Positions 1 through 10,800 of a stretch of DNA of 20,000 bases are shown here, piece by piece. Under the pieces are notes generated by a model. That model worked only from the letters and a program-made list of their open reading frames with translations. It ran no database searches and was not told where the DNA came from. The stretch comes from Enoplolaimus lenunculus (taxonomy: Eukaryota): contig JASANG010003005.1 of NCBI GenBank assembly GCA_030248215.1, forward strand, positions 419,216-439,215, given 5' to 3'. Numbering within the stretch: the first letter of the stretch is position 1; the number at the start of each line of letters is the position of its first letter. The translations under genes were made by a program, and so were the position numbers.

Positions 1-86
1 GAACACATTTTTGCAATGCTTAGGCGTAGGCTTGGGTTTAGGAATACGCTTAATCTACTGTTACGCTCCTTAAACTAACATTGGCC
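1..86 (-). mobile_element. End of a GGCC-terminated TTAGGC-bearing MITE (family B), truncated by the window edge
   Basis: gcttaatctactgttacg...aacattggcc matches the ends of copies at 8833-9043, 10593-10727 and (reverse complement) 14141-14457. Confidence 0.75.
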
Positions 87-490
87 CAGGGTGGTATAGC
101 TGCACCCCCATGGCAGATACATTACGAGCGGTCACGTGATACGTATGCATCTATGTGTATTGTGGTGCCGGTCGCTCATGCGTTTATCAGTTGCGGGATA
201 AATATAGCTCGTGGTTTTCTGGCGTGAGAGCTCTTTAGTCAACCGAATGCCTGCGTGTCAATCGGGTAAATTGTGTTTTATTTCATTCGGTAACTGTGGA
301 AGCCTAACAAATCCGTGTGTGCATATATGCGTAAATGGTCATTTTTTCTTCGTTCGTTCGGTTTGTGACGTTGGCAAGCGTCATAGTGATGCGATAGTTT
401 GCTTCAGATTATGTTTTACAGTAAATGATAAGTTTACTGATACCGACACATTGAACTGTTTCTTGCATGAATATTTTCTATTTTATTTAA

Positions 491-751
491 CCCTTTCTCA
501 CGTGAATATTTTCAATTTCATATGAGATGTAATTCCAAGGTAAGATTCGATCCGCAGTCTCACGGGTGGGAGGAGTTTACGATGACCACTGAGCTATAGG
601 AGCTTGACGCTCGAGCCTGATTAGGCTCTCACGTCTTGTGCAGATTTTGTACTGCGCATATGTTATAAATTTTAAACACTGCTCATAGTGTGTGTATTGC
701 TCGTACATTATTGTATTTAGTTGCTCATAGTATACTCTATGAGTGAAAGGA
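491..751. mobile_element. piggyBac-like MITE (TTAA target site), copy 1
   Basis: TTAA|CCCTTTCTCAC...GAGTGAAAGGA|TTAA; highly similar second copy at 17492-17755. Confidence 0.85.
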
Positions 752-1088
752 TTAAAATTCAATTTCAAGCTGGGAATTTGAGCTACGGACGATGACATTG
801 TTAGCGTCTATCATCAAGGCTTAATAACTATGGTTATCCATGAGCCTTCCTAGGTCCGCTAAACGTCCTTGTTAAAGAGTTTCCAAACTTTTTCAAATAC
901 GCGAGGCCGGGTAGAAATTGATTTCTGTATCAGGATACACGCAATTAATTCGATGTTTTGTCGACCCTCTGGAATAAATGTGCTTCTTGTCTTCAGAAGT
1001 TTTACGAGAAGAAATATCCCAAAAGCACCTACTCTTAGCTTCAAACTCCAAAATCTCAACCAATTTGAAATCTTAGCTACGTACTTGA

Positions 1089-1262
1089 GCCCGTATTCTC
1101 AAATGTGAGTAGCACCTATTACCAGTTGGCAATAGGGTCTTGTAAACTTTCGAACCCCCGGGAATGTTTAAGGTTTGAAATTCAGCACATTTATTGCTTT
1201 CGATTTTCGCTACTTCTGTGCCTAAATTTTGAAATCAGCAATTGCAGCAGTTGGTTAGAAAA
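1089..1262. repeat. Dispersed repeat, inverted homolog of about 9240-9412
   Basis: Reverse complement gaaagtttacaagaccctattgccaactggtaataggtgctac...atttgagaatacgggc aligns by eye with gaaagttacaagacctatcatcaactggtaatagacgctac...atttgaaaatacgggc near 9349-9410. Confidence 0.65.
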
Positions 1263-1884
1263 CCAACAGAAGGGCTCTATGCATTTGAGAATATGGGCGC
1301 AACGAGAGACGGCAAAAAAAAGAGCGACCGTACCAAACAAACAAACCCCCACAAATTATATTCATGTTGTTGGTATGTTATTTACTCTGCTACCATGCTC
1401 ATCGACTAGCTTTTCATGTTTTTTTACCCACAATGGGCTTCTATTTTAACTCTCATGTAGACCCATTTAAACCCACAGAAAGTGAATCATCAGTCGTCAG
1501 AGGTTGCAAATACAATCATTTTTGATGACGTGGTACAAAAACTCGCTAGCTATGTAAGCGATAAGCCAAGTACAATTATTCAATACTAAAATGTTAATAT
1601 TTTTAGGTTTGATGCTTTAGGAACCATGGCTTTATAGGTTGTTTAGAATTCCCGGTGTCACCGATTGGTTTTTTGGTTGCATTTTGGCACCCGAAATCGA
1701 TTCTGACCTAACAACGCTATTCAGGTTGACATTTTGAAGCTGGTTGCGTTGCTGTCAGATAGTGAAATGTATATTGCTTTTTGGCAAATCATTCTTTGAT
1801 CATCAAACTAATTACTTTTATTAATACTAAATCCAATAAAGAGAATGGTTAATTTCCCATCGATAATAGCGCATAGTACCTATT

Positions 1885-2032
1885 CTGGACCCGTAGCCAG
1901 AGTAGTGGGTAAGGTTAGTTTAGCCTCCCTGAAAGAATTTTGCAACCCCGCCTAGAGAAAATTTTCAACATTGCTGGTAAGTCATCGAAAACCCTTGTAT
2001 GTCCTTCCTGTACGTGAGCTGGCTAGGGCCTG
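1885..2032. mobile_element. hAT-like MITE family C, degenerate copy
   Basis: acccgtagccag...gagctggctagggcctg termini and internal ttttcaac...gaaaacccttg shared with 4799-4964, 9802-9955 and 10442-10592. Confidence 0.65.
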
Positions 2033-2146
2033 ATTTAGTTGTCATGCTTACAATTTAGCTAAAGTTTGATCATGATGTAAGTTATAGTGCAATTACGCAA
2101 AGCCTTTATAATAACTTTAAATACGGGTTCGAAACTCGTGAGAATA

Positions 2147-2567
2147 CTGTAGTGACCCAGAGAAGGGGGTGGGTAATGAGAGAAGGTCCCCATTTTGAGT
2201 CTCAATTAGTATGAGTCCGTAAGCGGATAGAGTCCCTAAATCCTAATTAGAGTCCATAAATGTCAATTATCGCTGATTGTGTAGTGCATAACTGACTTCA
2301 AGACCAAAAAAAGTTAGAGTTCCAAACTTTAAAGCATATTAAAGTTTTGAACGTACATTTCTAAGTATAACCTTGCATTATCGCTTAAGTTTTTGATATA
2401 ACACAAATAAACGTTTAATTCAATGGATATTTGACACCGTATATATCAGTAACGAACCCGGCAAACGGCGGGTTAAAAATAAACAACAGTCCGTAGCCGA
2501 ATAACTGTGAGTACCTTGGGAGAGGCCAAATAAATATTAGTGCCCCCTCTTATTCGGATCGCTACAG
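2147..2567. mobile_element. TA-flanked MITE (Tc1/mariner-type signature), family E
   Basis: TA|CTGTAGTGACC...GATCGCTACAG|TA; internal sequence recurs in reverse at about 15495-15852. Confidence 0.75.
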
Positions 2568-3363
2568 TACTATAGAACAAATTTCTTAAAGCTATATTTC
2601 CAAACCCCAAAAAGATCTTTCCCCGTCGGATAATTCCGGATCCGCCGGCACATCCGCAATCTGGTATCATTTTTATTTATGTTGCTTTGAAAATACATAA
2701 TTTCTAGCTTTTCGCAAAAAGTCAAAACTTACCACATATATATAATGACTGAAATAGTAAAATAGGCTAGACATTGTCTATAGGTTTAGCCTTACGCTTA
2801 GAATTACGAAAATCTATAATAACGGGGGGCTTTATGCTATCAAATTAACACAAGGAAAACAAACAGGTACGCGCTGAATTTTAATACTGACGTTTACGAT
2901 TGCGCTATCTGTGCCGCACGCCGCAGTGCGATGGTGCACGCTCTTGTAGGTGGCTGTGCCACTCTTAAACCTTATTTCAATCTAAAAACTAAAACATAAA
3001 CTAAAATCAAATATCAAAACCACACCTTAAGGGAGTCTCTGGCTCCACCTAGTCTAACTTCTCACAGCTCTATGCGCTGCAAACAAAAATATAGACAAAA
3101 CCTATTCGGTGGCGTACGGTGGCACGAGGCAGGTATAGAGCAACCCTTAACATTTAAGCATACTCAGCAGCGGTTTTAAGTATCTTGAATGTAAAAATTG
3201 CTCTATTTAATACCGAGTAAATATACGTTGTGGTCATGAGCGCATAAGCCACAAACGACATGCGTAAATTATCAGTCAACGACCATATTCTATTGAAAGG
3301 TAAAACGATGAAATTCCAGGGCTAAAAAGTCAGCTATTTGAAAGCGCCGATAAACGAAATATC

Positions 3364-3594
3364 AGCTCATGTATAGAACAGGGCCGGAACTGTAGTATAA
3401 GCATATTCCTAAGCCTAAACCTAAGCCTAAGCCTAAGCGTAACGATGAGCGTATTTTTAAGCCTAAACCTAAAACCTACGCGTAAGGTTGAACCTATTCA
3501 ATAAGTCTAAGTCTAAGCCTAAGCAAAAAGTTTAAAGGTTAAGCTGACTTCAGTCCAGCAGGAAAACGTTCCGGCACTGTTCGATACATGGGCC
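3364..3594 (+). mobile_element. GGCC-ended MITE with CCTAAG hexamers (family A)
   Basis: TIR agctcatgtatagaacagggccggaac / gttccggcactgttcgatacatgggcc; 8-bp TSD gaaatatc/gaaatatt. Confidence 0.85.
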
Positions 3595-3896
3595 GAAATA
3601 TTGGCGTTTTAAGATAGCCTATGCGTCTCTGCATTGGACGACTATTCTAATTTCCGGGACTTTAGCAATTAAAGGCATGCATATTCATTGGTGCTTTATA
3701 AAGAGGGGCAGTTATTACTTTGCCGAACTTGAAAAGTTCCGGTCACAAAGAAACTAATTTGTCGTTTTATTTTCCGTTTTTTCGTGCAACTGGTAAACCA
3801 GTTATACCAATTTTGAGAACACGCAGATTGAGCGTACAAAGTTGTATTTTGGCACTTATGGCTATACCGAATTCGAAAAGTTGCCCTTATAAAGTA

Positions 3897-4163
3897 CTCA
3901 CTAAAAATATACTTAAAATAAATAAAACTGTTGCCGAATTAAGTGTCGGTTTTACTTACTATGCTGCTTGACAAAGTTTTACTAATTTTAAGCAAACACT
4001 AAATTCTTAGCTTTACATTTACATCATTAGTCAGGAAATGATAGCAGTAGTTTTACTTATTTACATTGTTTAAGCAAAGATTTACTCAATGTTTAGTACA
4101 CTTATGCTTAAAATAATTGGTAAAATATAACTAAATTATTTTAAGTTGAGTGTTTTTACAGAG
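3897..4163. mobile_element. AT-rich TA-flanked palindromic MITE
   Basis: TA|ctcactaaaaatatacttaaaataa ... ttattttaagttgagtgtttttacagag|TA imperfect inverted ends. Confidence 0.55.
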
Positions 4164-4210
4164 TAGTTTTTCATTATTTTTCAATTTCCAGTACCACTAA
4201 TATCGCGGTT

Positions 4211-4401
4211 GGCCCATGTATAGAACCGGGCCGGAACAGTAGTATAAGCATATTCCTAAGCCTAAGCCTAAACCTAAGCGTATGGAAGAGCCCATTCCTT
4301 AGCCTAAGCTTAAACCTAAGCAAAAAATTAATCTAAAGCTAAACTAACTCTATTATATAGCCCCTTCGGAAAACGATCCGGCCCTGTTCTATACATAAGC
4401 G
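4211..4401 (+). mobile_element. Family A MITE
   Basis: ggcccatgtatagaaccgggccggaac...ccggccctgttctatacat with internal cctaag hexamers; TSD degenerate (tcgcggtt/ctgtggtt). Confidence 0.82.
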
Positions 4402-4798
4402 CTGTGGTTTTAGAACTAAGCATTAACGCAAAATTATCGGTTATGCTTCAGTCTTTGCGCGTTTACTTTACGTTCAGCACGCTTTATTATCACTTATTGT
4501 TTTGCCAAACCCGACAAAATACTTACAGTTTAGAATATATATTTAGTACTGGAACTCATAATTAGGAGCCAGCAATTGCTTGAATTTTTTCTGATTCGTA
4601 GACTTTTTGTTACCGTAGTCAAGTTAAGCGGAAACATTTAGTTTGTTTTCAACTCAGGTGCTTTATAATAATTGTTCATGTCTTCTGAGATAGTAAAACT
4701 TACTTTTAAGCTCTAGAATCATGAACAGAATGAATAGTTTATTTGTCAGAAGTAAAAATTTTGCGCTTTGTATCCAAGGACTTTCAAGTTCGCGCCAT

Positions 4799-4964
4799 CG
4801 GGCCCGTAGCCAAAGGAGCAGAAGGCCTCAGCCCCCCTATAAAAAAATCTGGCCCCACAGAAATTTTTCAACCTTGCTTGTAAAGTCAACGAAAACCCTT
4901 GTATAACCCATCTGAAGAATTTTTAGGCCCCAATCACTAGCAGCGTGAGCTGGCTACGGGCCGG
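4799..4964. mobile_element. hAT-like MITE family C
   Basis: cgggcccgtagcca ... tggctacgggccgg TIRs; partial 8-bp TSD cgcgccat/tgcgccca. Confidence 0.75.
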
Positions 4965-4988
4965 TGCGCCCAACTGATTTTTTGAATC

Positions 4989-5440
4989 CACGACAATTCG
5001 TCACCCGAAAACTTGTTGCCCAACCGTGGTTTCACCCTAAATGTAGAAGGCTAATCAGGATGCTAAATTTAATCCTAAGCCTACACTTAAACCTATCCAT
5101 AATGATTTTGGACAACACACAAAAAAGTATTTCTGAATTTATTCAGAAAAGTGTTTTCTGTGGCAAATCTGGAAAGTTTTGCTGATATTTAATAAGACAA
5201 TTTTTCTAAAACTAACTGGGAAACGTTTATTTTCAGACTTCATTTCAAAACGTTTTTTGAAAACATTTCTGTTATAACAGAAATACTTTTCAAGTGCACC
5301 TTGCTAATCATATTTCTGAAATGTAAGAAATTTTTTCTTAAATATCAGAAATATTATTTTGAGTGAAAGTCGCGAGCAAACGAATTTACGGATTACAAGT
5401 TATCATCGGTCGACGAGTTGTCGGGCGACAAATTGCCGTG
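4989..5440. mobile_element. TIR element (cacgacaa...ttgccgtg) with a nested palindromic MITE at about 5116-5365
   Basis: Outer inverted ends cacgacaattcgtcacccga / tcgggcgacaaattgccgtg; inner cacacaaaaaagtatttctga / tcagaaatattattttgagtg. Confidence 0.6.
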
Positions 5441-5535
5441 TTTCCCAATTTTTGTAAAATTTTTTAACTTTTTTGATTTATCATCACTGCCGGATCCTTT
5501 CTAGGGATTTTGACTCAATCTGCAGCATCCATTAA

Positions 5536-5717
5536 CCCTTTCTGTCATGATAATTGTGTGCCGCATCTACAGTGTAATTTCAAGCTAGAAATCAAGCGTC
5601 AAAGTCCGAAGATGCGTGGGTATTTACCAATCGACGCTCAATATGAAGAAAGATTACAGATAGTAAACTAAAAGTTTACTTGAAGTATATATAAGTTTAG
5701 TTCTATGACAGAAATAG
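5536..5717. mobile_element. Degenerate piggyBac-like MITE
   Basis: TTAA|CCCTTTCTGTCAT ... ATGACAGAAAtag; the right end is decayed. Confidence 0.5.
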
Positions 5718-5959
5718 ACAACATTAGATAAATATTTGAACCGGTATTGCATGACGATAAAAGTCAGCTCTGTTTGGCAGCCAGTCATGCTTCATTGCGA
5801 AAAACATATATTTGTGATTCTTCAAAAATTGTTAAGAATCATAACAAATTTTAGATTTTTTTCCTGTAAATTATTGTTTACCGGGTACCGAGGCTATTAA
5901 TTCTTGTACTGTTCAAGATAATAATGGTACAATTGAGTTTGAGGATGCATAGATGCTTT

Positions 5960-6166
5960 GTCCCATGTATAGATCACGGCCAGAACCGTAGTATAAGCAT
6001 ATTCCTGAGCCTAAGCCCAAGCCGAAGCGTATGGATGAGCCTATTCCTAAGCCTAAGCCTAAGTCGAAGCCTAAGCCTAAATCTAAGCAAAAAATAGTCT
6101 AAATCTTAAACTGACTCTATTATAGCCCCGCCGGAAAACGATCCGGCCCTGTTCTATACATGGGCC
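5960..6166 (+). mobile_element. Family A MITE
   Basis: gtcccatgtataga ... ttctatacatgggcc; perfect 8-bp TSD gatgcttt (5952-5959 / 6167-6174). Confidence 0.9.
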
Positions 6167-6748
6167 GATGCTTTTACAATTTTCATTTTAAGGACTTATT
6201 ACAAATCGAAAAGTTTTTATTAGCTTATCGTTGACAAATTGAAACAGGAAACTGATTAAAATTTAAGTTAATTTGTATGTTGGATTATTGGAAAGTCATG
6301 AAAAGCTCAAATATGCCAAAAAAATTCAAAATCGCAACATTTTTTACTGCCGGCAGACGGAATAGAAAGAAATCCTTACTACGTTCGTATCGCATGTGTA
6401 ACATTGTAGCGGATCGCTAATTTGATTCAATTTTGAACTTCCCAAGTCTCGGTCACAGCTTTAAATTAATCCAAATAATTACGACTTTAAAGCATCAAAA
6501 ACAGTTGCTTGAAATCTGTAACATTGTAACGCATCGTTCACAATAAAAAATTTCATTTTGCCACCGAAAACAGTATACGGTTGGGTTAACTGGTGGTAAC
6601 TTTCAAAATTATCATGCGTTCAATCTATACGATAAAACGAATGCAAGTATGTGAGACATGCTTGTCCTGGTGCATATGCAATAAATGCAATGCACATTAT
6701 GTTGTACGGTCGACACATATAGTCGACGAAAATGCAGTTAGAGAGGCG

Positions 6749-6821
6749 GGTTGCGTGGCGCAATGGTAACAGCGTCTGCCTGACACGCAAAAGGTCGCTA
6801 GTTCTGAGCCGCCCGTAACCC
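6749..6821 (+). pseudogene. tRNA-Val-like sequence (anticodon GAC at 6782-6784); SINE head or pseudo-tRNA
   Basis: Acceptor stem GGTTGCG/CGTAACC, A box TGGCGCAATGG, Val-type anticodon arm GCCTGACACGC; T-arm/B box degenerate (GTTCTGAGCC). Confidence 0.7.
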
Positions 6822-7076
6822 GCTTTTCCAGCTCCTTGCTAGAAAGGTCTGATGTCCCTCAGTTCCAACCTAGACTGACAACGCAAAATCCGCGTTAACC
6901 ATACCCAAACACGTGTCACAGCCTCAACCTAAGTCTAAACTTCCCAGTCTCTAAGTCTATCGGCCCCAATCTCTCTGTCTCCCAGTGGACAGTATCCTAT
7001 GGAGAAGATCGCTGAATGCAACAACACACCACATGATACAGTGCATCTGTTCAACTGCACAAAAAACACTACCAGC

Positions 7077-7422
7077 CAGGGTGCAACCGGAGGTGAAAAA
7101 CAACGAAACTTGCCGAAGCCGGAGGTGAGCTGAAATTATGTGTTAAAAATGATGATTAATTAATTAATTTTAGCTAATATTTGCAATATGTTGTTAAGTT
7201 GTTTGGTTTTACGTTAATTTTCGGAGGAATTTCAGAAATTATTTTCTGAAATTTGGGACAAAAGTAAAGCGAAACACACTAAACAGATAAATTTTGCTAA
7301 ATTCTGCAAAAAATTTACTACCGAAATTGCCACATCCCCCGGAAAAAACCTACAGGAGCCGGTGCCGGAGGCCGATTTTCTGCCGGAGCCGGAGCCGGAG
7401 GCAGACCTCCGGTTGTACCTTG
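7077..7422. mobile_element. hAT-like MITE
   Basis: TIR CAGGGTGCAACCGGAGGT / ACCTCCGGTTGTACCTTG; perfect 8-bp TSD ctaccagc (7069-7076 / 7423-7430); subterminal GCCGGA repeats. Confidence 0.9.
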
Positions 7423-7660
7423 CTACCAGCCTCACTGGGAAAAGTCTGTGGACGGATACCCCAGCCGCTGCACCGTTCCTCAAACTCTGACACAACACTG
7501 ACGGTGGCAACAAACAACAACTAACATACGTCATGAATTTAGTGAAATATTTCAATTTTGAACTTAGCTTGTATCTATCTACAGCTTTACTAATATTTGA
7601 TTATGGCTTAAAATAAAAGTTTAAAATTGTCAAGTGTGATTCTGCTACGTGGATGTAATA

Positions 7661-7877
7661 ATGCATCAATACGAGCTTCCGTTTCCACATCCTTCGACAT
7701 CTTCGCATTCTAGTCCTGCAGATTCGGTTCCGAACGCTGATTTGGCGTGCATCATCAAAGATTTGTCCAAAGAACCAATTTTGGGCAACATTAATATGTA
7801 TTGTTCGGCGCCTCCAAGATTTCTTGGTACCCCGTACAAAGAAGGTCATTTGGTTTTTGATGCAATGTTTGAGTCAG
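7661..7877 (+). CDS. AGBL4: AGBL4/CCP6 exon 1 (first coding exon seen)
   Basis: ATG 7661; MHQYELP...ILGNINMY...[18 protein letters not shown]; donor GTAACC at 7878 (phase 1). The start codon is uncertain; an upstream exon is possible. Confidence 0.82.
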
Positions 7878-10800
7878 GTAACCGTGATTTCATATCACTG
7901 TAAATTTCAGTGAGTTGATAGTAACTCAGAATGAGTTGAATCGACTCATAGGTCTGAGCTCTGAATTAGGTCTTTCAGAACTCAGACTTGTGAATTGAAT
8001 GAACTCATTCTGAATTAATTAATCAACTAAACCAGAGTTAAATCAGCTCAGAGTGAGTTAATATTTACGGTTATTAACTCAGAAAAATAAAACAGAAAAG
8101 CTACTTGTCTCTCTGAGTTCTGTAATCAACTCATCAGAATTTACTGTGTAGTATTCTGAATGAACCGCAACGTCTGCTGTCAACTCGCTAGTGGTTCAAA
8201 TGTCAGCTATCTTGGGTACATAAACGGTGTTTGAAACTTGAGCAATTTTTGTTTTGAAATATACAATTTTTTGCCAGACAGAAATTGGTTATATTTTTAT
8301 ATTACTGGTCGCTTTAGTGCATCACCTATACACTGTAAATTGTAATGAGTTGATTAATCAACTCAACTAGTGAGTTAGTTATTTTTGAATTACTATTATT
8401 CAACATTAACTCAATATGAGTTGAGTTGATTCTCACTCTGAGTTGAGTTGATTTTGGCTGAGTTGTTTAATTAACTCAGAATGAGTTGAATTGAATCAGA
8501 ACGCTGAGTTCTGATAGTCTTAACTCCAGATTGAGTGATATAGCTTGTTCTGAGTTAAAATCAACTCACTGAAATTTACAGTGTAAGTGTATCGAAACAA
8601 TATTCTGCAGATATAATCGATTATTCCTAATGCCTGTGTTGCCCTTCTTAGGAGACTCGGTAAACGTAAATTTTTGTGCCGGCAATTAAATAACCAGCTT
8701 AGAATATTAAATAGCACTGGTCGATCAGCTAATTTCTGTATTGGCCGCTGCGATCACACCTGTGGAGAAACTCTAACCCCTGGTGGCGCTTAAGGTCTAT
8801 TTATTCTTCTAGTGGATTACCTCTAGATTTTGGGCCCATTTTAGTTTTAGGGCCGTGCCGGTTTGTGGATGGTCTGCAAAAGAGTAGACTTACATTGTAG
8901 ACTACATTTTTTTTTGCTTAGACTTACGGTTAGGATTAGGCTTAGACTTACAATTAGGAATACGCCTTTGCAACGCTTAGGCTTAGGCTTAGGCTTATGA
9001 ATACGCTTAATCTACTGTTACGGCCCTAAAAGTAACATCGGGCAGAATTTGTATGGTGTTAATAAAATTGCAGGTACTCCCTGTAAACATTCAGTTTAAT
9101 ATTCAGTGTTTGCGTCAAAGTAGCGTAGAGGCTCAGCGAATCTCAACCTGTAAATCATTTTAAATTTCTTCAAGATACAATTTGCATATGACCCATATTG
9201 TCAAACATGTATAGCAACTATCATCAATTAGTAATAGGTTTTCAAACTCGCTAACTATTGCAGCTGCTGAACTCAAAAACGGTACACGAGTAGAACGAGC
9301 AAAATGAGAAAATTGTGCGGATATTTGAGTCTCAGTATTTACTGGTTTGAAAGTTACAAGACCTATCATCAACTGGTAATAGACGCTACACTCTCATTTG
9401 AAAATACGGGCGTAGATTTCTTGCAAAATATGCTATTCAAACGATATCAGCATGGAGTGAAATAATCTGAAATTGCAGGTAATTTGTCATCGGTTGCATC
9501 GATCAACGAATGCGAATACGATTTATATCTTCGACCTGATACATGCAATCCAAAACAACGTTTGTGGTTCTATTTTTCGGTTGGAAATGTGCTAAAAAAT
9601 CAAGTAACACAACGTCCACAATATCATGCGTATGTCAGGTGACCTTTGAAGAAGCAGGGTGCTAAACCACGGAAGTGTTTTAAGCGTCTGTGATTTGCGA
9701 ATTAAAGAATTTTGGGCTTCAGTGTGCTGGCTACTGATGCTTTTTTGGTTTTAGTAACCATCACCCCATCCCCTCCAAGGTGGCCTGATGTACGCAACGT
9801 ACGGGTTCATAGCTAAGGGGGGGCAGGGGGACTCAGCCCCCTGTTTTTGCCTTCCCCTAGAAAGTTTTCAACCTTGCGTGCACATCATTGAAAACTCTAA
9901 TGCCCTTCCTAACAATTTTTAGCCCTCCTAACAAGGTGAGCTAGCTACAGGCCTGGCAACGTAGGTATGAGATTGTGGAAATTGCTTACTATGCTTATCC
10001 TTAAAATTTGAACATATTACACTGATCAGGTATGCGGAGCACTTACAGCAACGGTTTTCATTAATGTGAAAACTTTTTATACCAATGAACGCATTTATCA
10101 CGGCAGAGTAACAATTTTCCAAAATAAACATTTTCGCTAAAAAGCCTAATGTTGACGGTTCGGTGTGAAGAATACAACGAACGTGGCACCGATCATGGTT
10201 TACAACCGCAAATAGTGCTAAAGTATCGTACTCATGTTTATCTTGTGACAGTTAATAGTAGACGAACAATTAATAATATAACAAATTACATATTTTTAAT
10301 TGCACTTGCAAAGATAGTGAAAATTAGTTGCTTTTGCCTCAAAGACGGGACTTAATTCGGTGACGTTGATATCCGTTTGCTAGCGACACAAACATTGTCT
10401 ATTACAAAATCGAAAAAGCTTCCACTCGGCCGGCATGAGTCCCGGCCCGTAGTGAAGGGGGGTAACGGGGCTCAGCCCCACCTGGAAAATCGTGGGGCCC
10501 CGTAGTAAGTTTTCAACCTTGCTTGTAACTCATTGAAAACCCTTGAATGCCCTTCCGGAAAATGGTTCTCCTAGCAAGATGAGCTGGCGACGAAAAAGAG
10601 TAGGTTTAGATTCTGGCTTATATTTTTTTGCTTAGGCTTAGGCTTAGGATCTCATTTTTGCAACGCTTAGGCCTAGGCTTAGGACTACGCTTAATCTACT
10701 GCAACGCCCCTTCAAGCAACATTGGCGAAACGATTTATACATTCAGGAGGTAAACGCACATACAAGATGAGAACGAAGGGCTGAAATAATCTTTCTTTGA

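Larger units (their letters stand above)
6746..7525 (+). mobile_element. Putative tRNA-derived SINE, interrupted by a hAT MITE; 3' boundary uncertain
   Basis: tRNA-Val-like head 6749-6821, unique body, CAA-rich tracts at about 7019-7033 and 7508-7525. Confidence 0.55.

Noticed and set aside
577..798. Similar ORFs at 577-798 and 17596-17850 suggesting a duplicated small gene
   Set aside because: The similarity comes from the two piggyBac-like MITE copies; the ORFs cross the element boundary and differ by a frameshift.
859..1449. Possible exon(s) of a neighbouring gene (ORFs 859-1059, 869-1108, 1105-1449; GTGAGT at 1105)
   Set aside because: No recognisable protein motif, and the apparent donor lies in a dispersed repeat also present inverted near 9240-9412.
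6749..6821. Functional tRNA-Val gene
   Set aside because: T-arm does not pair properly, the B box is degenerate and the GAC anticodon is atypical for eukaryotes; treated as a SINE head or pseudogene.
7232..7555. ORFs of 107 and 76 aa (SGSGSG or RSRSRR-like)
   Set aside because: Translations of the GCCGGA subterminal repeats of the hAT MITE at 7077-7422.
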